Shown here: piece after piece, positions 13,001 to 25,286 of the stretch | How the letters are laid out: each line of letters opens with the position of its first letter | Numbering within the stretch: position 1 is the first letter of the stretch | Assembly: GCA_964016885.1 (NCBI GenBank) | Contig: OZ024744.1 | Span: forward strand, 112,282,001 to 112,345,944 | Length of the DNA: 63,944 nt | Source: Eledone cirrhosa | Lineage: Eukaryota | Direction of reading: 5' to 3' | Program-made: the position numbers and the translations under genes | Notes under the pieces: model-generated | What the model was told of the DNA's origin: nothing | The model's input: only the letters and a program-made list of their open reading frames with translations | The model's database searches: none

Positions 13001-15650
13001 TGAGACATTCTAACCACATGTCCATAGTATCAGAGCTGTGATCTCTCAATTCAGAGATTCTTTCCTGAGACATTCTAACCACATGTACATAGTATCAGAG
13101 CTGTGATCTCTCAATTCAGAGATTCTTTCCTGAGACATTCTAACCACATGTCTGTAGTATCAGAGCTGTGATCTCCCAATTCAGAGATTCTTTCCTGAGA
13201 CATTCTAACCACATGTCCATAGTATCAGAGCTGTGATCTCTCAATTCAGAGATTCTTTCCTGAGACATTCTAACCACATGTCTGTAGTATCAGAGCTGTC
13301 ATCTCTCAATTCAGAGATTCTTTCCTGAGACATTCTAACTCCATCTACATAGTATCAGAGCTGTGATCTCTCAATTCAGAGATTCTTTCCTGAGGCATTC
13401 TAACCACATGTTCATAGTATCAGAGTTGTGATCTCTCAATTCAGAGATTCTTTCCTGAGACATTCTAACCACATGTCCATAGTATCAGAGCTGTGATCTC
13501 TCAATTCAGAGATTCTTTCCTGAGGCATTCTAACCACATGTCATAGTATCAGAGCTGTGATCTCTCAATCCAGTGATTCTTTCCTGAGACATTCTAACCA
13601 CATGTCTGTAGTATCAGAGCTGTGATCTCTCAATTCAGAGATTCTTTCCTGAGACATTCTAACTACATGTACATAGTATCAGAGCTGTGATCTCTCAATT
13701 CAGATATTCTTTCCTGAGACATTCTAACCACATGTACATAGTATCAGAGCTGTGATCTCTCAATTCAGAGATTCTTTCCTGAGACATTCTAACCACATGT
13801 CCATAGTATCAGAGCTGTGATCTCTCAATTCAGAGATTCTTTCCTGAGACATTCTAACCACATGTCTGTAGTATCAGAGCTGTGATCTCTCAATTCAGAG
13901 ATTCTTTCCTGAGACATTCTAACTCCATGTCTGTAGTATCAGAGCTGTGATCTCTCAATTCAGAGATTCTTTCCTGAGACATTCTAACCACATGTCCATA
14001 GTATCAGAGTTGTGATCTCTCAATTCAGAGATTCTTTCCTGAGACATTCTAACCACATGTCTGTAGTATCAGAGTTGTGATCTCTCAATTCAGAGATTCT
14101 TTCCTGAGGCATTCTAACCACATGTCCATAGTATCAGAGTTGTGATCTCTCAATTCAGAGATTCTTTCCTGAGACATTCTAACCACATGTCCATAGTATC
14201 AGAGCTGTGATCTCTCAATTCAAAGATTCATTCCTGAGACATTCTAACCACATGTCTGTAGTATCAGAGCTATGATCTCTCAATTCAGAGATTCATTCCT
14301 GAGACATTCTAACCACATGTCATAGTATCAGAGCTGTGATCTCTCAATTCAGAGATTCTTTCCTGAGACATTCTAACCACATGTCTGTAGTATCAGAGCT
14401 GTGACCTCTCAATTCAGAGATTCTTTCCTGAGACATTCTAACTCCATGTCTGTAGTATCAGAACTGTGATCTCTCAATTCAGAGATTCTTTCCTGAGACA
14501 TTCTAACCACATGTCATAGTATCAGAGCTGTGATCTCTCAATTCAGAGATTCTTTCCTGAGACATTCTAACCACATGTCATAGTATCAGAGTTGTGATCT
14601 CTCAATTCAGAGATTCTTTCCTGAGACATTCTAACCACATGTCATAGTATCAGAGTTGTGATCTCTCAATTCAGAGATTCTTTCCTGAGACATTCTAACC
14701 ACATGTCATAGTATCAGAGTTGTGATCTCCCAATTCAGAGATTCTTTCCTGAAACATTCTAACCACATGTCATAGTATCAGAGTTGTGATCTCCCAATTC
14801 AGAGATTCTTTCCTGAGACATTCTAACCTCATGTCATAGTATCAGAGCTGTGATCTCTCAATTCAGAGATTCTTTCCTGAGACATTCTAACCACATGTCC
14901 ATAGTACCAGAGCTGTGATCTCTCAATTCAGAGATTCTTTCCTGAGACATTCTAACCACATGTACATAGTATCAGAGTTGTGATCTCTCAATTCAGTGAT
15001 TCTTTCCTGAGATATTTTAACCACATGTCTGTAGTATCAGAGCTGTGATCTCTCAATTCAGAGATTCTTTCCTGAGACATTCCAACCACATGTCATAGTA
15101 TCAGAGCTGTGATCTCCCAATTCAGTGATTCTTTCCTGAGACATTCTAACCACATGTCCATAGTACTGGAGCTGTGATCTCTCAATTCAGAGATTCTTTC
15201 CTGAGACATTCTAACCACATGTCTGTAGTATCAGAACTGTGATCTCCCAATTCAGTGATTCTTTCCTGAGATATTTTAACCACATGTCTGTAGTATCAGA
15301 GCTGTGATCTCTCAATTCAGAGATTCTTTCCTGAGACATTCTAACCACATGTCCATAGTATCAGAACTGTGATCTCTCAATTTAGAGAAGTAGCAGCTCC
15401 ACCTGGAGTGACTCTCTTAGCTCAAAGCTATGCACCCCATCGAGTAACGTTACTCCAAAGACCCATCTGAGGAATCCCATTTCAGCCACTTGTATTCATG
15501 ATTATATTCTTTCGGTCATTACCCAAGATTCATGACCATAGGTAAGGGTTGGCATGAATACTGAATTGAAGAGAGCGAGTTGAGCTTCTTCACCTACCAC
15601 CCTTCCGAGTACTGAATGCTGAAGCTGGCACATTACTGCACCAGCTCCTA
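10008..15650 (-). mobile_element. RTE LINE 3' fragment containing an internal satellite expansion
   Basis: Right flank translates FNSVFMPTLTYGHESWVMTER..AEMGFLR; left flank ENILKVKPTGKRSSSRPW; both are colinear with the copy at 28510-29690. Confidence 0.88.
10062..15388. repeat. 65-bp tandem satellite, ~82 copies
   Basis: Unit tcagagattctttcctgagacattctaaccacatgtccatagtatcagagctgtgatctctcaat; period checked at 10581 to 10646. Confidence 0.98.
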
Positions 15651-15773
15651 CAATTCAAGATATGCACAAAGTTTGTGTATCCTGCAACCCCTAAAAAGGG
15701 TCCAGAAAGGAGCAAATATTAGCATTAAACTTCAGTTGGGAAAACAACAAGTCTCGTGTGTGTGTACATATAC

Positions 15774-15827
<54 letters not shown>

Positions 15828-16245
15828 ATATAATCATCATCATCATCATCATCATCATCTTCGTTTAACGTCCGTTTTCCACGCTAGCATGGGTTAGACG
15901 GGAGTTGTCCCACTTGAGACAAGGTTGGTCGGGTGATATATATATATATAGTATATATATATATATAATATATATATATTTATTAAAATAACATTATAGT
16001 TTAAGCAAAGAATCACTGCTTTAATCTGTTATTTTAATAAATATTTGCTCTAGGTTTCTTATATATTTGATATATATTTACCATTATCGAGCCCTCTTTG
16101 GATTTTAGTCTTCACATTTATTATTATTACTATAATATATATATATATATATATGTGTGTATGTGTGTATGTGTGTGTGTGTGTACATATAATATATATA
16201 TATATATTTATATATATATATATATGTCTGTGTGTGTGTGTATAA

Positions 16246-16291
<46 letters not shown>

Positions 16292-16307
16292 TGTGTGTGT
16301 GTGTATA

Positions 16308-16366
<59 letters not shown>

Positions 16367-17230
16367 TGTGTGTGTGTGTATATACATATAATATATATAT
16401 ATATATTTATATATATATATATATATATGTCTGCGTGTGTGTCACTATCATTCATCATATTACATCAGCTATTCCATGGAATGAAAAAAGACAGTAAAAG
16501 AAAGAACAACCCCACCCCTCACACAAAAGCTGAAGCTTAAAATAATACACACTTTACTTCATGTATTGAGTACATTTTTCAATTTGTAAAAATATTCTGC
16601 AATCCAGATTTAGACGTACACATAATTATATATGTAAATACTTATATATGTGTGTCTAATCATCACGTGTCTCACACATAGCAAAGAGCAAGCTGAACTC
16701 TTGATAGTATATGAAGCAGTCAGTTATCAGCCAACAACTGACTGACTGAACTGATGAATAAAACATAGCTTACATATTATCATGAACACAGGGAGTGGCC
16801 CCTGGGTGGAGAAAGTAGTTCCTTGGGGGTAGGAAGAAGTTATGTAAAGTCAGCTGTACTTAAAACAAAATTGTTCATGTTTTATTATCTACACTTATGG
16901 GATGACAAAGATGGACTGATTGCCTTATGTTAATTTACTTACATATCTTCATATATTGAGATCAAATCCCACTGGAGCAGAGCATGGCTGTGTGGTTAAG
17001 ATTTCCAAACTTGTTGTGTTTTCACTTCAATGGCATTGCACTGCTCTGCACTGCACCTGGGATAATTAAATGTCTTCTACTATATATAGCCTTGGGTCGA
17101 CCAAAATCTAAGCTAAATCTACTAGTAGATAGAAAACGGTTTCTGTATTTCAATGATAGACTTAACCAGTTGATTGGATTAACACCATGCCTGATCCTCA
17201 GAGTTCTTTTAGTGAAGTCTACTTCTCCAT

Positions 17231-17284
17231 TACAAACACTAGCAGAAAAACCACCCTTCGGGTGGTTTTCTGCTAGTGTTTGTA
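17231..17284. repeat. Near-perfect 54-bp palindrome with Helitron-like hairpin plus CTAG-T on both strands
   Basis: tacaaacactagcagaaaaaccaccc-ttc-gggtggttttctgctagtgtttgta. Confidence 0.8.
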
Positions 17285-19561
17285 GTGTGTATATTGATAT
17301 TATACGCATGTATTGATATTATACATGTAGATATGATACATCAAATAAAATCGTAATTGACAATATATAATACATAGAAATTGAACGAAGACTGTGTTAC
17401 ACTGTCTTATGTAATCAGTAACGTAATCCATGATACATTAAAAAAGACGATATTATATATAAACTGCATTAGGAGAAAATTAGTGACGGAAAATTAGTAT
17501 GTTTATTTAAGCGATCGCCAACCGGAAGTGTTGACATTTCAGAAATTTTAAAGAAGTGAATCTTTAAATAAACAAAATATATTTAATGAACATCCACGAA
17601 ATTTAGTAGATAAATTATGTAATATTCATTCATTATTTATTCAAAGTAATTCAACTTATTTTACAAACGAGACAAAAAAAAAAAAACGTACGCAATCTCG
17701 CAGAGATTTGGACCAGATCTCAAGTTTGGCAATGACTTTGTTATATTAGTCATATGACTGAAAGCAATAAACTGGCAGAGTCATTCAAAATGTTGATTAA
17801 AACTTTGCAGTCTTTGTTCCGGCTCTCGGCACTCGGAATTTAAATCCTGCTGAGATCAACTTTACCTTTCATCCTTACAAGATCAATAAATAAAAGTACC
17901 AGTCCAGTAATGGAGTTGATTTTCTCTCTCTCTTGAAGAAATCAGCTGTGATCAGACCTGGAGAGGAGATGGGATCTGCCAGGTTTAAAAAATTCAATAT
18001 GTGCCGTATCTCACTATGGTGCTACTATTCCATCAGGAGTTACAGGTACATACATACATATACACACATACACACACACATACACATACATACATGCTGC
18101 TAAATCCCTCTAAATTCTTGTTTATGCTAAAAATTATTTGAAAATCATAGGCAGTGGCTTTCATTTGAAATATGGTAACAAAAGGGTTAATAAAATAGAT
18201 GTACTTAATTCCTTCAAAACAGTGCCCCTCAGCATGGTTACATCCAAAGGACTGAAACCAGTAAAAGAATGATAATTATAAAGTGCCACTAAAATAAAGA
18301 TTTCCAATTTGATTTTCTAATGATTTTCTATATTTTGTGTTCAAATCCCACTGAGGCCAACTGCCTTTCATCCTTCTATGGTTGCTATAAATAAAGTATC
18401 AATCATGTACTGGGATCAATATAATCGACTTTCCCCTTACTATCCTTGTGCCTAAATTAGGAATCATTATTAAACACATAAAAATAAATAATTGTTTCTA
18501 CTTTTGGCACAAGGCCAGCAATTACCCAGTGTATTACTGGTACTTTATTTTATCGACCCCGTAAGGATGAAAGGCAAAGTGAACCTATAAAAATAAATAA
18601 CTGTTTCTACTTTTGGCACAAGGCCAGCAATAACCCAGTACATTACTGGTACTTTATTTTATCGACCCCGTAAGGATGAAAGGCAAAGTGAACCTCGGCG
18701 GGATTTGAACTCAGATCCCGCCGAGGTTAACTTTGCCTTTCATCCTTCCGGGGTCGATAGAATAAAAATAAATAATAAAACCTTATTAACATTTTTAGAT
18801 TTACAGTCAACATTACCAGAAAATGACACTATCTTTTGGATTAAGGTGGAATTGAAAATAATAAGGAAATTAACCAAACAAAAAGATGGAGAGGAAACAC
18901 AGGGCAATAGTCACTGATAAAGTCACGCGCTGTGATGAAAGGACTGGCAATTAATTAGTTAGTTAATCAACTTATTTATGGATTAATTACCTGATTAAGA
19001 TTAAAAACTGAAGTGAAACTCAACTGGCATTGGTATTTTAATTGGCAGCACAACCTTCCCAAAATACAACAATATGTTTCAACACATGGATTTTGCGTCA
19101 AGATTCTTGAAAAATGTATACATAAATGAAGAACTATTTTCAAGTATCTACTTTAAAAGCAACAGCTAGGTATAATGATGGACAGAAAAAAGGTAGACAG
19201 ACAGACAAATAGTTAGGCAAGTAGATTGACAGGTAGATGGCAAGATGGGTAAACATATAGCTGGGAAGATAGACCAATACCAACACCGCAAACAGAGCTA
19301 GACAAAAAAAAGAAGGGAGACAGAAAGTTTGCTAGGTATGCAGACAGACTAACACAAATAACTGGATAGGTAGATCGCTAGGTCAAATAGGTCAGCAAAC
19401 ATGCAGATAGATAGCAAGATGGACAGATAGATAGTTATGTAGGGAGGTTAAGAGACATATAGTTAAGTAGGCAGACAGTCATGTAAACATATACAGATAG
19501 TGAGATAGAGACAGATAGCTATATGAGTAGGCAAACAGACACATAGCTAAGTAGATAAAGA

Positions 19562-19700
19562 GATATATTTCTTTATTTGCCACAAGGGCGCACAAGAAAA
19601 GGGGCCAATACAAAGACACATGCTGGGGAGTTTACATAGAGTTGTGTAAAAATATTATTAAAACAAACAAATTTAATAATCAAAATCTCCAATAGGGGGG
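19562..19700 (-). mobile_element. Severely 5'-truncated Tx1 copy (3' UTR only)
   Basis: Similar to 19762-19892 (atttctttatttgccacaagggc..ggggagtttacata..ccaataggggg). Confidence 0.8.
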
Positions 19701-19997
19701 ATAAACAGACAGACAGAAAAGTAGACTTCAAGATAGGTAAACTGGAGAGACAGACGGATAGATAAATTTCTTTATTAGCCACAAGGGCACAAAAGAAGGG
19801 GACAAATACAAATGGGGAGTTTACATACAGGTATATGAAAATAAAACTATAAATAAAATAACAAATAACAATTGATATCCCCAATAGGGGGGAGGCGTTA
19901 CACAGGGGTTGTACACACCCCCAAAAAATGTACAACCCTCATCTCCAGGAGCACCAAGAGTGAGTACGCCCCTCCTCTTTTCCTCTTTTTCCTCAAC

Positions 19998-22900
19998 CTA
20001 CAGGCTTATATAGAGAGAAGGCCCAACCACTCGGGCCAACTTTGCCACATTCACCCACCTTTTATAAAATTTGCTGGGGTACAGCACCTCTCTCTCCATC
20101 CTGATTCTTCTTCCAAAATGATATTTGAAAAAACAAATCAGTTGTTCACCGGAGAGAAAGGTGTCTGACCTCAGCCCTTTTAACCTCGTCCACCATATAA
20201 CCTCTTTCACCATAGCCATAACACATAGGAAAACCGCCTCTCCTTCGGAAGGAGGGTGGCAGTTTGATCATGACAATGGACTCGGTGGTCAACTGGATTG
20301 GTCCCACCCGTGACAAAAGTCGTTCTACATAGCGCCACAGGTAGGTAACGCCCGGGCAGTGTACAAATGCGTGCGCAATGGTTTCCTCGTCGTGCACGCA
20401 TCTCGGATAGATCTTTTTCGAAGGGTCCCTGCTCGGGCGCCTGTGTCTGTAGAGCTTGTCTCGAACTGGTAGAGCTCCTCAGTAGCACTGCCAGGCCAGG
20501 AACTTTTGGAAGTTCTCCATCGGTCCCAGGCGGAAGGTCCTACCGAACAGACTGGCCAGTTTATCCTCCTCTACGCCTAGAGTTTCTCCGAGCGTGTCGT
20601 CGCACTTACTGCGGATCAATCTTCTATAGAATGACGAGGTGGAGTCTCCATTGATCACCGGGTCCGTTTGCCAGAGGACTGTGAATGCCTGAGCACATTC
20701 GATGTGCCAGTTGCCCATTTTCCTCGGTCTTTGCTTGACCTAGGACTGCAGCTCGGTCAGCAGGACGAGTCGTGGGAAGGCTTGCCTCACGAACGGGGCC
20801 CACACTGGTTGTCTGGTGAGGAATACGTGGAGGTGCCGCAGCCTAAGCGCGTGCTTGCGCATCGTCAGCCACGGCATCCCCAGCCCTCGATTTGAAGGGT
20901 GTTGGCAGCAGATGGATCTTCTCACCAAAGGAGCCCGTTTCTTCCAAAGGAATTGGAAGAGCGCGCGCTCCATTTTGGTGAGAGTTTTGGCTGGAGAAGG
21001 CTCAACGGTCAAGCGGTAGTAGATGACGGACGCTATAAAAGTGTTCGCCACCTCCGCTCGACCTTTCAAGGATAGTTTGGACTCAGCCCACTTCTGGGTG
21101 AGCGCAAACACCTTGGCCATCACCTCATTGCAGTTCTTCTCCACCTGGAGGTCCGGGCCAAACCAAACCCCGAGCAGCTTTACCGGTCCTTCCGTCCAGT
21201 GTTCAACGATGCCATCGGCTTGCCTCTCCACGTTCCAAATCGACAGATTTGTCCCGGTTCAGCTTCGCTCCTGTGAACCTTTCGTATTCCTCCAGTAAGG
21301 TGCCGACCTCCCCGATTTGCGAGGCGCTCGACACCATTACTGTCACGTCGGCGGCGTAGGCTGATGCCGCTTTCCGCAGTCCCGGTTCCAAAGGGATGCC
21401 TTGCAATAGCTCCAACTTCCGCAGTAGTGGCTCGAGAGTCAGTACGTACAGAAGAGAGGAGAGAGGGCATCCCTGTCAGATGGATTGCGTGATATGGAAT
21501 GGCTCCGAGAGGTAGCCGTTCACCTTGACCCTTAAGCAGACGTTGCTGCTGTGCATTGCAGCAATCCAGCCCCTGAACACGGGTCCGAAGCCTGCCGCCT
21601 CGAGCACCACATCCAGGTAACGATGGTCAACCCTATCGAAAGCCTTAGACTGATCCAAGTTGATCAGGGCCCCACCGAAGCCGGGTTTACACCCTACCCT
21701 CTCTATGATGTATCGCATGAGGTGGAGGTTGTCGTGTATGGACCTGGTCGGGATTGCGCATGTCTGCGCTTCTCCCACCAGGTTTTCGACGACAAGCGCC
21801 AGCCTCTTTGCCAACCCTTGGCCAAAATCTGTAACTCTGTGTTTAGCAGAGATATGGGCTGGAAGTTGCTTATGTCATCCCCCTTATTCTCGTCCTTCCT
21901 GACTAATGTGACTACGCCCCTGGCCACAGAACTGGGAATTCTCCCATTCTGCTGCCAGTTGCAGTAGACCGCTTCCAGGAGACCAGAAAACAAGTCCGGC
22001 ATTGCTACGTAAAATTTGTAGGGTAGACCGTGAAGACCTGGAGATTTGCGTTTTCCACATTGGCTCAGCGTGTCCCCTATCTCAGCGACCAAAATAGGCC
22101 TTTCGCAGAACTTCGCCTCACTGTTCGAGAGTCGCGGCAGGCCGTCGAGGTATGGACCGAAATCCATAGCCCCTCCCGGCGCGCCGCCCCGCCCGAACAG
22201 TTGAGCAAAGTGCCGCTGAAAGGCCGCACACATCTGCTTCGGCTCACGTATCACGCGTCCATCTTGGTCCTTCAAAGACCGAATCGTGGACTTGTTGCCA
22301 CTTTTCGCCTCCGTCACTCGGGCCCAGCTAACAGCTTTGGCTCCTTCGTTTCCCAGTGCACGTATTTTGCGCCTGACAACGCAGCCTTCATGCTTTGCGT
22401 CGAAGAACTGGTCCAAGGCCTTTCTCATCACTAGCACACTGGCTACGTTGCCACTCTTAAGTGCCTCTTCTACTTTATCTTCCAGTTCCTTTTCGGTTTT
22501 ATTTCTATCTAACACAAATTCTTTACTAAAACCTATTGAGTCTAATCTAACTGCCCTCTTGAGAGAGTACCACCATCTGTTGTTGACAATGGCCCCCGTC
22601 AAGTGCTGCTTAACTAAAGTGCTAACCCGTCTACTGTAAGCTTTGCATGTCATTAACGATAAGTTCAGCTTCGAGTAGCCTGGTCCCTGTCTATGGGTTC
22701 TGTCAAGGTTGACTAAGCAGGTCACTAGTTTGTGATCTGAATAGGCAACCATGAACATTTGTGAACAGCTTAACATGTCCCTATCACTAACTTTAACTAG
22801 AAACCTATCTAGGTACGATCTAGATGTTCCGCTGTGCTAGGTCCACGTCCATGTCCACAGTGGCACAGTTGGAAAATCTAGTCGATATCTATCGGCCAGT

Positions 22901-23403
22901 TGTAATCGGCTGATTAACTGTTTGAGGCTGTTACATCCCTCTCTATCGGAACATGCTCCCACATAGTCCCAACATGCATCTAGGATTCCTAACAAGTCCC
23001 CCACTAACAGCAAGGAGCGGGACGTTCCCAGAAAAGTCTCTAGACATTTGAAGAAGTCTGGCGACAGTGTCCAGAACGGAGCATATGCGGCCACGAACCT
23101 GAAGGCTCCACTTTCACTACCGTCAATGTCTAGGACCACCAGTCGACCCTTTCAGGTCCAGATGTACTATGTGTTGCGAGGTCCAAGTGTTTCCACAGCA
23201 AAACGGCAACCCCGTCTGACAGAGAGATGTGAGATCTCAAAGTCGTCGAAGATGGGGGCCAGTTGTCGCTCGCTGTGGATCCTGGACTTGCAAATGGCTA
23301 CTACATCCATACTGTGCGACCTGGGGTCGTTTAAGAGTTTGCCCTGTTTCCAGGGCATCCCCAGGCCGTGTACATTCACACACCCAACTCTTATATTGGC
23401 CAT
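19998..23403 (-). pseudogene. Tx1 ORF2 (APE endonuclease, reverse transcriptase, Zn finger), frameshifted
   Basis: VGCVNVHGL, AYSDHKLV, KSPGLHGLP, FQPISLLNTELQILAK, LDQSKAFDRVDH, AYAADVTV (YADD mutated), VKLLGVWFG, SLKGRAEVAN, EETIAHAFVHC. Confidence 0.92.
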
Positions 23404-23439
23404 GTTGGTGCTGAAAAGTTAAAAGAAGAGGAAAAGAAA

Positions 23440-25286
23440 TCACTCACCTCTTCGTCTCCTGGGGACCAGGCTGCACAATTTCGATGGGGGTGTTTGGTGT
23501 GGTGGTGGTTTCTGGCGGGGTGGGGACAGAGATGTTTGGTGGGGAGGGGTGTCTGGTGGGATGGGGGTGGGGAAACATTTTAACACGACTCGATTGTAGG
23601 GTTTGACGCAGGGGTTACCTACGTCGTTAGGAAATTTTCCTTTTAACTGTTTTTGTGTGTCCATGGAGATCCTAATCATCTTAAGATTAGGATTCTCCGA
23701 AGAGTGTGTAAAAGTTTTCCCTTCGGTATCCACTGAAGGGTTTTTATATATGGTGTCTGTTAAAGTTTTACTGTTAGTATTTATGTAGGTGTAACATTTG
23801 TTGTGTTGTGTTGCTTTTTGTCTGTGGTTCTTGTGTGTGTTTACGTTTTGTAGTAGGTGTTTTGTTTTCAGGAGGGGGTGTTTTTGTTTGTGCTGTTTGC
23901 GTCGCTTGTGTTGGTGTTTGTGTGTTTGTTGCATTTTTGTTTGTGTTATGTCTTTTCTTTTTTCTTTTTACTAGTCGGAAAGGCTCTCCCTCATCCTCAC
24001 TGGGTGACGATGATGAGGCCTCATCCGTGTTGTTGGGGAGGGGTACATTTGGGGAGCTGCTATGTGTGTGGGTGTTTCTGGAGTTGTTTTAGGTGGGGAG
24101 GGGTTGGGTGGGACTGTGTTTATCGTTTGTTTTGTTGTCACTATTTTTTTATGCTGTTGTTGTTGTGGTGGTGGTGATTGTTGTGCTGGTGTTGCAGGTG
24201 TTGCCAGTAGTGCCTTTTTTTGGCTAGTTAGCCGAGGACAGGAAGCTCTCAGGTGAGCCCTGCTTAAGCAGTGGTAATATGAGGGCCGCCTACCCTCGAC
24301 CGAACTGTTTATGTATATAAGCCCATCCAGCAGCACACTTCCGGGATCCTAGCTATTCGTTCTGGTGTCATTTGGACCAGAATTTCCAGGCTAGTTCCGC
24401 TGAACAGGTCGCCGGAGGACTTACCTACCGATATTATTGAGTCTTTTTCGAGGTTTAAAAGTCCACATAGTACCCACCAAATATCAATATTTGGTGTGAT
24501 ACTTTGGATTTTTATTTTCTGTGTTCTTTTCCCCATGTAAGTGGGGGAAAAGGTGAACAACAGTGACACAATTGGCGACACAGAATATTTCTGTGCTGTC
24601 AGTTGGTCTTTCATCAGAATGGATAAACTCCCGTAGAGTCTACCCTTCTGAATGAAAACAATATCTTTTAAGGCATCTTCTAAAACCAACTCAATTTCGC
24701 CTTGTGAAAGTTGAGTCGGTTTTCGGGTTTTGTTTGAGACTGTCCTGAAAACCACAGTTTTCAAAGCAGCTTCTCTTCGCAAATCTGGGGGAGATGAGAC
24801 TGTCCTGAAAACCACAGTTTTCAAAGCAGCTTCTCTTCGCAAATCTGGGGGAGAGTTTATGGAGAATGATCCGTTCTCCCCAAAAGTTATGTACTGTCTG
24901 GCGTTATTCAAAAGCTCATATGCATTTGAAATATCCACCGGAGTGTACCTTACCGTTTTCTTTACGGTTTGCGCAAACGATATTTAGTCGTTTACTTCCT
25001 TGTTGCAGTTATTGGTCTTGTTGTTGTTGTTGTTATTGTTGTTTTCGTTCATAGCATTGTTGTTGTTGCTGGTGCTGCTGGTTGTGTTGTTTTTGTTCAT
25101 TGTTTCAAACTTTTTGTTTTGGTTCATTGCCATGGCAACGTCAAGTTGTCGGTTAGCAGGTGAACAAAATCCTTCCTCTGGCTGACCTTTGTCTGAGACA
25201 TCTGCTACTATAACAGTGGAAGGGGGAAGCTGTAAGCATATCTTCCCCTTTCCTCCTTCGAATGTTGGTGAAGAAGCTGTGGACAT
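23440..25286 (-). pseudogene. Tx1 ORF1 (gag-like nucleic-acid-binding protein), interrupted
   Basis: Successive minus-strand ORFs upstream of ORF2; VEGRRPSYYHCLSRAHLRASCP is a CCHC knuckle with the first Cys mutated; low-complexity C-terminus. Confidence 0.75.

Noticed and set aside
10062-15388. CRISPR array
   Set aside because: No unique spacers; head-to-tail LINE-derived monomers in eukaryotic DNA
23411-23447. 37-nt GTGAGT..CAG intron fusing ORF1 to ORF2
   Set aside because: Very short for a metazoan intron and out of frame with ORF2 in the visible ORF1 frame; the donor may still matter and should be rechecked in the consensus
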